Counted from the whole stretch's first letter, positions 43,062 to 55,084 are shown. The stretch is 63,808 nt of DNA, filler included, from Stramenopiles sp. TOSAG23-2 (GCA_900128395.1; 2 parts of 2 records of this genome joined end to end with filler, not necessarily neighbours in it); one strand, 5' to 3'. Translations and numbers: made by a program. The notes: a model not told the origin generated them from the letters alone.

Positions 43062-43554
43062 TATGTAATTAATTATATGTGTGTATAACGATTGTATATG
43101 TTGTGTAACTTGTATTATTGTTATTATTGTTGTTGTTATTGATATAGTGGATGATGTTGTTGTTACTTGTTGTATGTTGTATATGTATATATCTATACGT
43201 GTCAGTCGAGTAGACTATTACATCTTGAATAACCAAATATACAACTTTGATGTGTGTTGTGTGTCCAACTCCGTGTGAGAAGAAGAAAAGAAAGTACAAA
43301 ATGTCCGTATTAATATATAGTTTTTTGTACCTATATAGATTATTTTACTTTGAGTCCAAAAAGGAAGTTATTATTAAAGGTTAAAGTCTGGAAGTCCAGA
43401 AAAAAGTCTGCAGTAATTTTGCAAAACAAAGTTGAAGTATTTGCTGGGTGCCTACATATACATTATATACAATAATACTCTTTTAATAATTTATATATAG
43501 ATATCAACGAAACTGGGCCTTTAAGAGACGAAGTTCATTAATACTTATTATGTC

Positions 43555-44994
43555 ATGCCTTGTAGTCGAAAGATTAGTAAAGCATTTTTCATTTTTTCTG
43601 CTCAATCTACTCCACGAAGTTTATTTAGAGTAGTTGTTGTAACCATTACCACATATCTAGTGTTTACGGCGACGTTCAGAAACAGTAACCATGCAGCCGT
43701 CGGGGGAAAATGTGATACGTTGCTTAACTTAAATGGTTGCAGAAAGCATCTGCGCAAAAAACGCCATCATAGAAAAGATCATCGCAGAAAAAAGCATACT
43801 AATACTTCTTTGTCAATATCAAATACGAATAAAAAGCCTCCAAATTTATTTGAAAGGCCTCCAGTTGGTCTAAATGAACCAGCCAAATTACGCGTTTCTC
43901 GACACAAAACACCTATGGCACTCGAAGAAATGGATCATCACAGAAAAAAGCATACTAATACTACTTTGTCAATATCAAATACGAATAAAAAGCCTCCAAA
44001 TTTATTTGAAAGGCCTCCAGTTGGTCCAAATGAACTAGCCAAATCACGCGTTTCTCGACACAAAACACCTATGACACTCGAAGAAATGGATCTTTATAAA
44101 AAACTAACGAACTGTAGTAGACCTCAATTCGCGACTCGATTCAATTGTCAGACAGGCAATGTACCACAAGGGTTTGGGTCGTGTTTTCATGTCTTATCGC
44201 AACGAGTTGCAGATAGTATTGACAAGGGCGCAACCATGCATTATTCTGGTAAAACCATTTGGAGCAAAAAGCCATTGTTTGGCGATTACTTTGATTTTCC
44301 ATGGTGTCCTGGTTCCTTAGAACCCGCTGAAATTTTAGACTATGCTGATGAAGGAACATATTGGTCTTACGACAGTCCTTCCGTATTTATGGACTTCGAT
44401 TCAAAACAAAAATTTCGGCGGATTTTCACCGGTCTTATGTTTAGACATATAAAGCCTCAAATCTTAGAAGATGTGGACAACTGGCCATATCCATCTCCAG
44501 ATGTTGTTGTACATATTCGATGGGGAGATAAAATAACATCCGGCGAAAGTAAAAATATAAGTATTTACAAATATATTGATGCGGTTTCATCTTTTCGCCC
44601 ACCCCAAAAAGCAAATGTATTTTTAATGACCGTATCAACAGAAGCAGCGAGATTGTTCATTGAACATGCGCCACAATCTTGGAACATAACCATCGACCCA
44701 TCTTTGAAATATTACCAACACCATGACGATTCTAAATTTGGCATTGCAAATACACTTCAGGAAACGCATGGTACATTAGGCATAGATCTCGTAAAGGCAT
44801 GCCTCCACGCGTCAAAGGCAAACATGTATGTATTAAACACTGAAAGCAATATTTCGAGACTTTTAGATGAAATACGACAAACTTCACGCTCAACACAAAT
44901 TACAAAAAGAGTAGATTTGGCATCTACAGATGTATCCGTTGCTGAATATAACCATAGGCATTGGCGAAGATTACTTTCAACGCCATTTAGATAA
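43555..44994 (+). CDS. Type II membrane alpha-1,6-fucosyltransferase-like (GT23-like) glycosyltransferase
   Basis: N-terminal TM helix, stem region, QGFGSCFH, VHIRWGDK and SNISRL; contains a diverged 52-aa internal tandem repeat. Confidence 0.7.
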   Translation: MPCSRKISKAFFIFSAQSTPRSLFRVVVVTITTYLVFTATFRNSNHAAVGGKCDTLLNLNGCRKHLRKKRHHRKDHRRKKHTNTSLSISNTNKKPPNLFERPPVGLNEPAKLRVSRHKTPMALEEMDHHRKKHTNTTLSISNTNKKPPNLFERPPVGPNELAKSRVSRHKTPMTLEEMDLYKKLTNCSRPQFATRFNCQTGNVPQGFGSCFHVLSQRVADSIDKGATMHYSGKTIWSKKPLFGDYFDFPWCPGSLEPAEILDYADEGTYWSYDSPSVFMDFDSKQKFRRIFTGLMFRHIKPQILEDVDNWPYPSPDVVVHIRWGDKITSGESKNISIYKYIDAVSSFRPPQKANVFLMTVSTEAARLFIEHAPQSWNITIDPSLKYYQHHDDSKFGIANTLQETHGTLGIDLVKACLHASKANMYVLNTESNISRLLDEIRQTSRSTQITKRVDLASTDVSVAEYNHRHWRRLLSTPFR

Positions 44995-45454
44995 TGATTT
45001 AGATGCCGTATGTGATTTTGTGTGTGTGTGATTGATAAAAGTGTTGTTTGAACGATGAATGTCCCCCATCGAATGAGGAAGTTCGTTGTCTACGTTCTAT
45101 ATTGCTTCCTCATCAAAATCATTGAATTTTTGCTTTATATGATAAGGTTTTTGATCAGATTTTTTAGGCAGATTTTTCTCAATGCTGAGCCGTTATAAAT
45201 AAAAATTAAAACGACACAGTATTAAAATATGTGGGAAAATGTGTATGCAGGGTTGTACAAATTATTATAGTATATATATATAAATATATAGAGATATATA
45301 TATATAACAAGATCTAATTAAACACAGCTAACCACTTAGCAAGTAGACATATTTTTATTATATCAAAGAACAAATCTCATTCATTCATACCATTCAATTG
45401 TTATTATTGAAGTATAATAATATATATACACATAACAAAAACACACCAAGAAAC

Positions 45455-46816
45455 ATGCCAAAAAATAACAATGAGAAAAGATGGAATATATTATTTTTTT
45501 ATTGGTTTTGTCATGCATTAGTGGGTGGAAGTGCGCGTGTAATTTTTGAATCAAATTTGCCCAACATTATTCATAATACAAATGAATATCGAGATTTCAC
45601 ACAAGCTGATGTGCCAATATTATTATCCATCGGGACATTAGTAACTATTGTTGCAAAGTTTTCTAGTGGATTATTTATTGGAGCACTTGGGCCATATGGC
45701 ATTGGTGTTGGTAGCTTATTTGCTTGTGGTATGATTATTATGTCATGTGGCATTATAACCTCAAACAATACTCCTTTATTATCGATATTTTTAGGATGGT
45801 ACTTAATGAGATTTTTTCAATCAGCTACATGGCCTGCAGCCAATGTACTATTTGATGCATGGTTTCCTACAAATGAACATGGGCGTGCATGGGGTGTGAT
45901 GTCCACTGCATCAAGAACTGGTGTTATGTTAGTTTCATTTACGATTGCATATTTAAGCACAAGTACAACGATACAATTAAACTTTTTAGGTTGTGGTATA
46001 TTTTTATGTTTGTATGGTATAATTCTTAGCTTTAATTTGAAAAACGAGCCACCACCACCAACAGAAGAAGAAGATACTGGAAATGACAATAAGATTGAGA
46101 AAAAAAGTAGTAAAAAAACAGAAAAAAAAGAATCTATTCATAATGTTGGAAAAAAAAGTTTTTGGAATGAACTGTTTGATTGTACAATTTTTGAACCAAC
46201 ATTTTATTTTGCTGCATTAGTTCAAGCATCGACAACACCTATTGCTGAATTTCAATCTCAAGTACCAATATGGTTAAGCATGGATAAAACATTAACTCAG
46301 ACACATATTAGTATTGGTGTAAGTGCATGGCATGCTGGTATTTTATGTTCTGTATCAATATTTGGTATTTTATTTGATAAAGTTAAATCATATACTCATA
46401 AAGGTTTTTTACTTGCAATACCAATGCTTTGTAATTATATATTATTTTCCATAGTATTGAGTGATTTTAATGTTGAGGATCAAATTATTGTTGGCCCGAA
46501 AATGAAAATTGGGGTTGCATTTCTATTAGGATTCACATTAGCACCAGCATTTTATTTATGTATGGGTACATGGACAATGAAACATGCAACAAGGCGTGTT
46601 ATGGCTACATCAAATTCTTTTGTTGACGTATTTGGATATGGTGGTTCCGTTTTAGTTTTATATCTTCAACAAAGCAAAGATTCTTCAAATCCAATGAAAG
46701 AATTAATTAGAATATTTACATATTGTTCTCTTTTATGTAGCATTGCATTGTTAATTTTGTTTGTTTATTTTGAAGAACATTATCATAAAACAACCGGGAA
46801 AGCAAAGGAAGATTAA
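45455..46816 (+). CDS. MFS transporter, GlpT/UhpT (organophosphate:Pi antiporter)-like
   Basis: About 12 hydrophobic helices; FQSATWPA, WFPTNEHGRAWGVMSTAS and VDVFGYGG. Confidence 0.8.
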   Translation: MPKNNNEKRWNILFFYWFCHALVGGSARVIFESNLPNIIHNTNEYRDFTQADVPILLSIGTLVTIVAKFSSGLFIGALGPYGIGVGSLFACGMIIMSCGIITSNNTPLLSIFLGWYLMRFFQSATWPAANVLFDAWFPTNEHGRAWGVMSTASRTGVMLVSFTIAYLSTSTTIQLNFLGCGIFLCLYGIILSFNLKNEPPPPTEEEDTGNDNKIEKKSSKKTEKKESIHNVGKKSFWNELFDCTIFEPTFYFAALVQASTTPIAEFQSQVPIWLSMDKTLTQTHISIGVSAWHAGILCSVSIFGILFDKVKSYTHKGFLLAIPMLCNYILFSIVLSDFNVEDQIIVGPKMKIGVAFLLGFTLAPAFYLCMGTWTMKHATRRVMATSNSFVDVFGYGGSVLVLYLQQSKDSSNPMKELIRIFTYCSLLCSIALLILFVYFEEHYHKTTGKAKED

Positions 46817-47129
46817 AAGTTTGTGGACGGGTGAGTAATTTTTAAAAAATGCGTGCCCGTGTGCATGTGTATGCATCATGTGAAATACGTCGTAGAGATA
46901 TTTTTTTATTTTTTAATTCTATTGTGTGTATATATTTGACGAACTTTGTACATGTAGGAATCTCTGTTACTCTCGTAAAAATTTTATTTTTAATAATTTT
47001 AAATAAAAATATAAAAAAGTATGAAAGTTTTTTTTTCAAATTTTTTACATATTGAAAGCCAATATTAGTATCTACACACACGCGCGCGCGCACACACGTG
47101 TTTGTACATGTATATATATTCACACACTA

Positions 47130-48992
47130 CTACAATGTTCTTCTTAATCCATTTTTAGCTGGTTCCAACATTTCTTCAATAACATATTTAGCCATTTCCG
47201 CCACTCTTTCTTTTGCCTTTTCCAATGATTTATCACTTAATTCAAAATAATATTTCAATTTTGGTTCTGTACCACTTAAACGGAATGTTGCTACACATCC
47301 ATTTTGAAATGTATAAGTCAACATATTGCTACTAGATGTTGGTAATATTGGTTTGCCATCTTTTTGCTCCGAATCATATCCTTCACCTGTTAAATCACGT
47401 ATGTGTGTAATTTTATAATTACCAACTCTCAACCAATAATGTCCATTATTACGCAATCGATTGAATATATTATTAATCACCGTTTGATCTTTCCAAAATA
47501 AGTATCCATTATATTGTGCAAAATAACCATATGTTTGGCATAATTGATCTAAATGTTCTGTTATAGATATTTGTTTTTCATTTTTTAAATATTGTGCCAT
47601 TTCGCTAAATACAGCAGCAGCAACAACACCATCTTTATCTCGTACTATATCACCAATGCAAAAACCTATTGCTTCTTCATACGAAAATAACACTTGATTT
47701 CCAAGCTTTTCCAATTGTTCCGTGCGATTTCCCATCCATTTAAAACCTGTCATTGTATCTTCATAATTAAAGCCTTCTTTCATCGCCATTGCACGTATCA
47801 TTTTACTTGAAACTGTACTATTTAACATGTAAATATTTTTGCCATCATTATTTGTTGTATCATTATTATTATTTACATAGCACGACCACATCCAATGTGC
47901 AAATAATATACCTATTTCGTTTCCAGAAAATACTTTCCAATCACTTGCAATCACTTTATCCGTACTTGTAGTGGTAATCCGCTCTGCAACTGCTAAACGA
48001 TCAGCATCTGGATCATTTGCAAGTATAATTGTTGCACCAACTTCATTTGCAGTTTTCATTGCAAATTGTAATGCACCAGCACCTTCTTCTGGATTAGGAA
48101 AATCTACTGTTGGAAATGTAGGATCTGGATCACATTGTTCTTTTACAGGCGTATATGGTGGTAGATCAAAGTTTTTAAATGATCGAACGCACCATTGATG
48201 TCCAACACCATGCATTGCAGTATAAACAATCTTTGGATTATCATCTTTTTCTGCCCATTCTGCATGTTTATTGCGATAGAAACATAATTTTTCACCTGAT
48301 TTTTTGTAATATTCATCTGCAACTTCATCCGTCGGATCAGAACATAATGTATTGGATGTTACTGTATTTAATTCATTTGCATTATATTGAATCCATGGTT
48401 TTAAATTTTTTAAAATGGATGCTGCAATATTTTTATCATGCGGTGTAATAATTTGTGCACCATTTGCCCAATATACTTTATATCCATCATCTTCCTTTGG
48501 ATTATGAGATGCTGTTACCATAATTCCTGCAACACAATTTTTATGTAGTGTACAAAATGCTGCAATAGGTGTTGCAACAAAGCCTTGTTTTTCCATTAAA
48601 TACACTTTAAATCCGCGTTGTAAAAATGCAGCTGCAGTTAATAATCCAAATCGTTTTGATGATAATGCACCATTTTCCGTTGCACGATGATCAAAACCTA
48701 TTGCAATACCACGTTCATGTGCAACATCAGCACCAAATTGTTCTTCCAAATACATTGCAAGACCTTGTGATGTTTGTATAACAACAAGATCATTCATACA
48801 TGAATATCCTGGACCCATTCTTGCACGTAGACCAGCAGTACCAAATGCTAAACGTTTTCCTAACATTTTTTTCAATGTATCAACATCGTTGCTTTCCAAT
48901 GCTTCACTTACTAATTGTTTTGTATATGAATTTGGATCCCACGATATATATTCTTTAGCAACATTTATAATATCAGTAGCTATTGACGACAT
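47130..48992 (-). CDS. PGM2: Phosphoglucomutase-2 / phosphopentomutase
   Basis: FGTAGLR, MVTASHNP, ANDPDADRLA, TGFKW, YEEAIG, KDGV and RLSGTEPKLKYY motifs. Confidence 0.93.
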   Translation of the reverse strand: MSSIATDIINVAKEYISWDPNSYTKQLVSEALESNDVDTLKKMLGKRLAFGTAGLRARMGPGYSCMNDLVVIQTSQGLAMYLEEQFGADVAHERGIAIGFDHRATENGALSSKRFGLLTAAAFLQRGFKVYLMEKQGFVATPIAAFCTLHKNCVAGIMVTASHNPKEDDGYKVYWANGAQIITPHDKNIAASILKNLKPWIQYNANELNTVTSNTLCSDPTDEVADEYYKKSGEKLCFYRNKHAEWAEKDDNPKIVYTAMHGVGHQWCVRSFKNFDLPPYTPVKEQCDPDPTFPTVDFPNPEEGAGALQFAMKTANEVGATIILANDPDADRLAVAERITTTSTDKVIASDWKVFSGNEIGILFAHWMWSCYVNNNNDTTNNDGKNIYMLNSTVSSKMIRAMAMKEGFNYEDTMTGFKWMGNRTEQLEKLGNQVLFSYEEAIGFCIGDIVRDKDGVVAAAVFSEMAQYLKNEKQISITEHLDQLCQTYGYFAQYNGYLFWKDQTVINNIFNRLRNNGHYWLRVGNYKITHIRDLTGEGYDSEQKDGKPILPTSSSNMLTYTFQNGCVATFRLSGTEPKLKYYFELSDKSLEKAKERVAEMAKYVIEEMLEPAKNGLRRTL

Positions 48993-49713
48993 ATTTTTAT
49001 TTTTTAATGATGTTACTTTCTAATTAATATTTTTTGTTATTATCTATTCCAAATTGTATATTTTGAGAATAAATATGGTATATTGCCGTATATAAAGAAA
49101 GAAAAAAAGTTGATGCAAATCAAGTTCTTATATATATATATATAATAATACGTATTGGTCTTTGCTTTCAAACTATAAATACCTCTATATACATATATAT
49201 ATATACATATGTGTGCATAATATAAAACATCAATAAAATATATAAGAGAGGTCTAAGTGGGAGTTTAAGTTTATTTTTTAGCTTACGACAACACTCTAAC
49301 ACGACGACTCGTTTACGCGTTCTTCTTCATTTTTCTCCATACTGTGCCATTATAAAATAATTTGTTTATTCGCGAATATCCCTTCTATCATAAATACAGG
49401 TACACAGCATTAGGAAATGTTGTAAGATTTTTTGGTTGCGAAAAAAACCAAAAAAGAAGAAACTTTAAAAATACCGACCTAGACCGGAATAGATATTTTT
49501 TTATCATAAAAAACATATCTTTTGTAATAGGAAAGTGAATCAACCAGATATATACTCTGTGTATAGATAACAGTATCAATAAAACAACTAATCATATATT
49601 CTTCATATTTGCATTTTGTCATTTATATATATATATATTATATATATAATACGTATAAATTATATTATATTATAGATAGATATAATTTATAAGAAGAAGA
49701 AAAAAAAAATTGC

Positions 49714-50550
49714 ATGAGCAAAGTTCATTCAAATAATAATAATTACAACGACGAAAAAATAAAAATGGCATTAGCTAATAAAATTGCATTGATAACAGGT
49801 GCTTCCTCTGGAATAGGACTTGCTACTGCGAAATTGTTTGCAAAAAATGGTTGCAAAGTAGCTGCAACTGGAAGAAATGAAGCAGCGTTAAATAAATTAG
49901 TACAAGAAATTACTGCTAATGGTGGAGTTGCTAAAGGTTTTGTTGGTGATGTTACAGATGATGCTGATGTAAAACGTGTTGTTTCATCTGCTGTGCAAGA
50001 ATTTGGTGCGCTTAATATTTTAGTAAATAATGCTGGTGTATTAAAAGGTGGTGCTACGGATGCAGTTGATATGGATAATTTTGATTTTAACATGTCGGTA
50101 AATGCTCGTGGTGTATTTTGTTTCATGAACAATGCAATTCCACATTTAAAAGAAAGTAAAGATTCATCGATTGTAAATGTTTCCTCTGTCAATGGCATGC
50201 AAAGTTTTGGTGGTTGTATGTCATATTGTGCATCAAAAGCTGCATGTGATATGATCATGAGATGTGCAAGTGTTGATTTAGCACCATTTGGAATTAGGGT
50301 AAATAATGTTAATCCAGGTGTTGTCATTACTGAATTACAAAAACGTGGAGGATTAGATGATGATTCTTATGCAGCATTTGTAGATCGTTCCATTAAAGTA
50401 ACACATCCATTAAGTGCAGCATTGGAACGATGTGCACAACCTGAGGAAGTTGCTGAATGTATCATGTTTTTAGCAAGCGATAAAGCAAGTTATGTCACTG
50501 GTACTACATTAAAAGTTGATGGTGGAAGAGGAAATGCAGGAATGCGCTAG
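49714..50550 (+). CDS. Classical short-chain dehydrogenase/reductase
   Basis: TGASSGIG, NNAG, NVSS, YCASK, VNPG and VDGG motifs. The start may be the downstream Met (MALANK). Confidence 0.93.
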   Translation: MSKVHSNNNNYNDEKIKMALANKIALITGASSGIGLATAKLFAKNGCKVAATGRNEAALNKLVQEITANGGVAKGFVGDVTDDADVKRVVSSAVQEFGALNILVNNAGVLKGGATDAVDMDNFDFNMSVNARGVFCFMNNAIPHLKESKDSSIVNVSSVNGMQSFGGCMSYCASKAACDMIMRCASVDLAPFGIRVNNVNPGVVITELQKRGGLDDDSYAAFVDRSIKVTHPLSAALERCAQPEEVAECIMFLASDKASYVTGTTLKVDGGRGNAGMR

Positions 50551-50623
50551 CTGGGTAGTTGAAAAAAATTAAAAAAAAAAAGATGGACGAGGTAAAATCA
50601 TAATGGGTGAACCTGGTGAACAG

Positions 50624-50655
<32 letters not shown>

Positions 50656-51329
50656 ATTTATGTTATAAAACAACCCCCACTAATTTATTACGAAGTATGA
50701 TACAGGTGCACAGTATTTATTCACGTTGCCATTTAGAGTAATAAGATCCGGATGCTCATTACCAGTGATGATGGATGATGGAGGCCGATAGTTTAACAGA
50801 AATTTAACCTTATTTTACAAATATTATTAAAAATATTATCATATGCATATATATTATAATTATACGGAGAATTAATCAGTAAGAGCATATTATATATGGA
50901 GACACACATGTAAACAAGCGACTGTTGATAGAAATATGTTGTAGGTGTAGTTGGTACTGGAGGCAATGGTGTTTTGTTTATAGTTGGCATTAACACATCG
51001 TCATCACCAAACATATCAACTAACATTTCAACTCCAATTTCTTTTGCAAATGTATCATTCTACAAATCATATACAAAACGAAAGTATATACAGTCGAAGC
51101 AAAAACAAGCCACCTTTATATATAACTTTCTTCAGTACTGCAAAGGTTTAAACATTTTCAAATATGTGTAATGATTGATAATAATTATTTCATGTATGCA
51201 ATATAATTATATATGTCTCAATATGTTATTATATTATTATGTATAATTATTTCACATGTGCAATATAATTATTCAAATAATATTGATGTATTTAAATACC
51301 AATGGGTCCGTCCAGAAAATTAAACATAT

Positions 51330-51659
51330 ATGGGGGGCGGCAATTGGAACAATTGGAGTAGCATAAAAATTTGGCCACATTTGTACAAAGTTGACCATAT
51401 TAAGCCATTAATGGATGGTGGGGATAATATATATCCGAATAATTACCAGCTACTGTGTCCAAACTGTCATTCAGTAAAAACAAAGTTGGAGAGGTCCAGA
51501 GATGGGCCTAGGGTAAACCAAATGTTAGCTCTCAAAGAAAGGCAAAGTTCATTGTGTAAAAGGAAAAGAGATTTAAGCAGAGCAATTTTTAAATTAGAAA
51601 AAAAGGCAAAAACGGCACAGCATATATATTTATATATGTATTATAAAGCATATAGTTGA
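51330..51659 (+). CDS. HNH endonuclease-like ORF, possibly a fragment or degenerate
   Basis: YKVDHIKPLMDGGDNIYPNNYQLLCPNCHSVKT is a typical HNH motif. The upstream CxxC is missing. Confidence 0.75.
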   Translation: MGGGNWNNWSSIKIWPHLYKVDHIKPLMDGGDNIYPNNYQLLCPNCHSVKTKLERSRDGPRVNQMLALKERQSSLCKRKRDLSRAIFKLEKKAKTAQHIYLYMYYKAYS

Positions 51660-52701
51660 CTGATTCAATGATGAAAAAGCATATATATGCTAAACTGAAT
51701 CAGTTAGTAATATTATTAACTCATTTAATGGCCCTTGTATAGGCACCAATAAAAAAAAGTGCATTTTGAAAGTAAATGGCAAACTTGTAAAACCGTGTCT
51801 ATGTGATGGCGGTTATCTTGCTGTTCCATGACTTGAGTTTCTTGTGGTTGAGCTTAGTCTGTCTGTTTGCAGCATGTGGGTTTTTAATTAAGTAACCAAC
51901 ATTTTGTATAAAATGTTCTGGTAATGATACATTATGCATTGAAGCGTCTATCTTTTGCACTGTTCTTAGCCTGTATTTTTTTTAATTGCTGTTAACAGTA
52001 AATCATTTACCAAAGATAAATTTAGATAAAAAGAATAAAATCCCAGTGGATTTGTATAGTGCAATCTGGGATGCAGTTAAAATGCCAGCTAAAGGTGTAA
52101 TTGGTGGTTCTAAAGGAATGGCTTTTGGAAAATGTGTCCTGTTTCTCATATTTCTCTACTGATTGTGCTATTTTGCTATTTATTATTTTTTTCATGTTCT
52201 TTTATAGGGTTGTTTTAAATAGATTCAAAATAGTATACTACCAAGTACAGTTTCTCACCATTCCAGGTTTTTTCAGGTTTTCTCTCTCTGTCTGTCCACT
52301 TCTTTATTGATGCACCTTCTTTGCCAGTTTGATCTCTCCTATACTGTACAGGTAGACTACCAGGTATGGCACACATACTACCTATGGTACAGAAAAAAAA
52401 AAAAAAAACAGTACCGCGCCGTCCAGCCGTCGTCGTCGTCGTCGTGCACTCGTCGTCCAGAAAATTACAGGTACAGGTATAGAATAAAATGTGAATATGA
52501 ATAAAAGGTGCAAAGTTAAAGTGATAAGAAGAAGATACATTTCAAGAATCAATATATATATGTATATATATATATATCTATTAACACCAATACTATTTTT
52601 ACTACATAATTATTTTAACAAGGATATACAAGAATTAAATACTTCATCCTTGTCTCCGCATCCCACCCTCTCTCTCTTTCTAATAATTTAATAATATAAA
52701 A

Positions 52702-54345
52702 ATGTTTGCATATGGTGATGATGAGGAAGATGATATATTATCAAAAATGGCAGCTGAACAATATGGTGTATCTGATGATGACCAAGTATTAGAAAATAAT
52801 ACCAATGATAAAACTACCAATGATGATAAAAAAGAGTTTGTAAAACATTATGTTGGTGATATGGAAATATGGAATTCACAAACATCCGTGCCGTTTGATT
52901 GGTTAAACAATACGTCTATTCTTCATAAAATAATACCATCCAATATTGTGGCACATGAATTATTACGTAAAAAAACATTGCAATTAATTCGAAATAATTT
53001 CAATAAAACTATTGAGGAAACTACGTTTGAAAATAATACAGATAAATTAAATCAAGCTTTTGAAAAATGGTATTTTACGGCAAAAAGCAATGAAACGAAG
53101 TCAATTGATCCATTGTTGACAAGTGAAATCGATGAATTAACAGAAAAAGAATTGGCTAAATCGCTAGAGGAGACTGGTATGGCACCAGCAACTGCTACTA
53201 CAATTTCACATCAAGTATCAAAATTTACATTACAAACAAATTCACAATATATACGTCAAATGAATCATTTTGGATTTAATAATAATAATCATAATAACAT
53301 GTTGTCTAGTAGTAGCAATAATAGCATTAACAATAATAGTAATAGTAGCAATACAAAACATGTTAGTTTAAAACGTGGTGTAAATATGGGTAATGATGTT
53401 ATCGATGAAAGTATGATATTATTAAAATATCGGAAATCTAAACAACGTATAACTGTGCAACATTATGAAAAATTAAAATCATTAATACAAATCCATGTTA
53501 AAGCATTTAATGTAAAATTTAAAAATGATATAAGACAAGAAAAAATAGAATTATCAGATCATGATATCAACGATAGAATCTTTTGTTTATTGTTACGATA
53601 TAATGCTATTAATGGCACATATACTGAAGGTGCTGGTTTTCAAGCTGCTATTCCCGGTGCATGTTTCGATGTTTTGTTAAAATATTTAGATTGTTCTATG
53701 GAATGTTTTGCATCGCCATTGAATTGTCGTTATTCTACTTTTTGCAGTGCATTTCCAGATACAGATTTAATGTTTGGCTCCATTGGTAACTTTTTTAGTG
53801 ATGATTTTAATCCAATAGAAGGTTCCTTCGAAGCGAATCCACCTTTTGTCGATACATTAATACAGAAAATGGCATTAAAAATGAATTCTTTATTATCAAT
53901 ATCGAAAAAGAAAAAAAAAACATTATCCTTCGTTGTAATCATTCCTGAATGGGATCATACTACAGGATGGAATACATTGAAAAATTCCAAATATTTACGA
54001 AATCATATAGTCATACAACAACGTGATCATGGTTATACAGAAGGTGCGCAACATTTATTAAATAAAAGTAGATTTCGTATAGCTACATTCAATACAAGTG
54101 TTTTTATATTGCAAAACAAACGAGGTAAAAAGAAATGGCCAATCACAGATGAATTCATTGAAGAGTTAAAAAATAGTTTTATTAGTAAACATAATGATAG
54201 TAATAAAAAGAAAAGGAATAGAAATGATGATAATGATAAAAATATTAACAACAGCAGCAGTAGTAGTAGTCATGGTAGTAGTAATAATGGTGGTAATGGT
54301 GAGGATGAAAAATCGTTGGAACGAAAGAAAAGTAAATTTTCATGA
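52702..54345 (+). CDS. PCIF1: PCIF1/CAPAM-like cap-specific adenine N6-methyltransferase domain protein
   Basis: LLLRY, GFQAA, MECFASPLN, FCSAFPDTD, GSFEANPPF and LSFVVIIPEW motifs. Confidence 0.85.
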   Translation: MFAYGDDEEDDILSKMAAEQYGVSDDDQVLENNTNDKTTNDDKKEFVKHYVGDMEIWNSQTSVPFDWLNNTSILHKIIPSNIVAHELLRKKTLQLIRNNFNKTIEETTFENNTDKLNQAFEKWYFTAKSNETKSIDPLLTSEIDELTEKELAKSLEETGMAPATATTISHQVSKFTLQTNSQYIRQMNHFGFNNNNHNNMLSSSSNNSINNNSNSSNTKHVSLKRGVNMGNDVIDESMILLKYRKSKQRITVQHYEKLKSLIQIHVKAFNVKFKNDIRQEKIELSDHDINDRIFCLLLRYNAINGTYTEGAGFQAAIPGACFDVLLKYLDCSMECFASPLNCRYSTFCSAFPDTDLMFGSIGNFFSDDFNPIEGSFEANPPFVDTLIQKMALKMNSLLSISKKKKKTLSFVVIIPEWDHTTGWNTLKNSKYLRNHIVIQQRDHGYTEGAQHLLNKSRFRIATFNTSVFILQNKRGKKKWPITDEFIEELKNSFISKHNDSNKKKRNRNDDNDKNINNSSSSSSHGSSNNGGNGEDEKSLERKKSKFS

Positions 54346-54565
54346 AAATTGAAACATACGTAAAACACACGAAGCGTACTTCGTATGATATTTAAATTAT
54401 AATAAAAAGAGATATGATATGATATGCATACGAAGCATATATATAATTTGATATTATGTATGATACGAGTACCCTCTCTCTCTCGTACATATTTTTTTTA
54501 CGAGAAAATGTGTGTAAAATACGAGTACATGTTACTTTTTTTCATTTATAAACACACACACAAAC

Positions 54566-55084
54566 TCAATCTTCTTCATCGTCACCCATTAAAAATGTTA
54601 TTCGTACAGGTCTTGGTAATTCCTTTAACATTTTCATGATTTTTTCTGTTGGTTCACCATCAACATCGGTATCGTTAATTTGAACGACAATATCACCTTT
54701 TGCTATATCTTCCGCTTTTTCTGCTTGGCTACCAGGTTGTATGGCAAGTACACAACAAGCATCATTCTTATCAAATAATTTCAAACCAATGGGGCCTTTT
54801 TGGAATGTAATTTCATATTCATCATCTTCAGTAGATTCTGTACGATTCGACCTTGCTGTATTATTACCTTCCTCTTTTTTACGTTCTTCTTTGCGATCTT
54901 CAACACGTTTTGCACTTGCTTTTGCTTGTTGATCTAAATAAATATCTGAAGGTTGCACTGCTTTAATTGGGAAATGTCCAATCGTATGATTTGGATAATG
55001 TTTTGGATCTGCTGTATATTTAATCAATTCACCAATCCAATATTTATTTGAATTTGGATCATATACTGGATAATTTACATCCAT
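54566..55084 (-). CDS. PDZ-domain protein (5' end probably incomplete)
   Basis: YEITFQKGPIGLKL, IQPGSQAE, GDIVVQIND and RPVRITF. The frame stays open upstream of the Met. Confidence 0.75.
   Translation of the reverse strand: MDVNYPVYDPNSNKYWIGELIKYTADPKHYPNHTIGHFPIKAVQPSDIYLDQQAKASAKRVEDRKEERKKEEGNNTARSNRTESTEDDEYEITFQKGPIGLKLFDKNDACCVLAIQPGSQAEKAEDIAKGDIVVQINDTDVDGEPTEKIMKMLKELPRPVRITFLMGDDEED

Noticed and set aside
45455-48992. PGM2/phosphopentomutase and the sugar-phosphate-type MFS as part of the nucleoside catabolism cluster
   Set aside because: They lie beyond the artificial contig join, about 30 kb away, so linkage to the pyrimidine cluster cannot be claimed. Their mutual adjacency may be chance.
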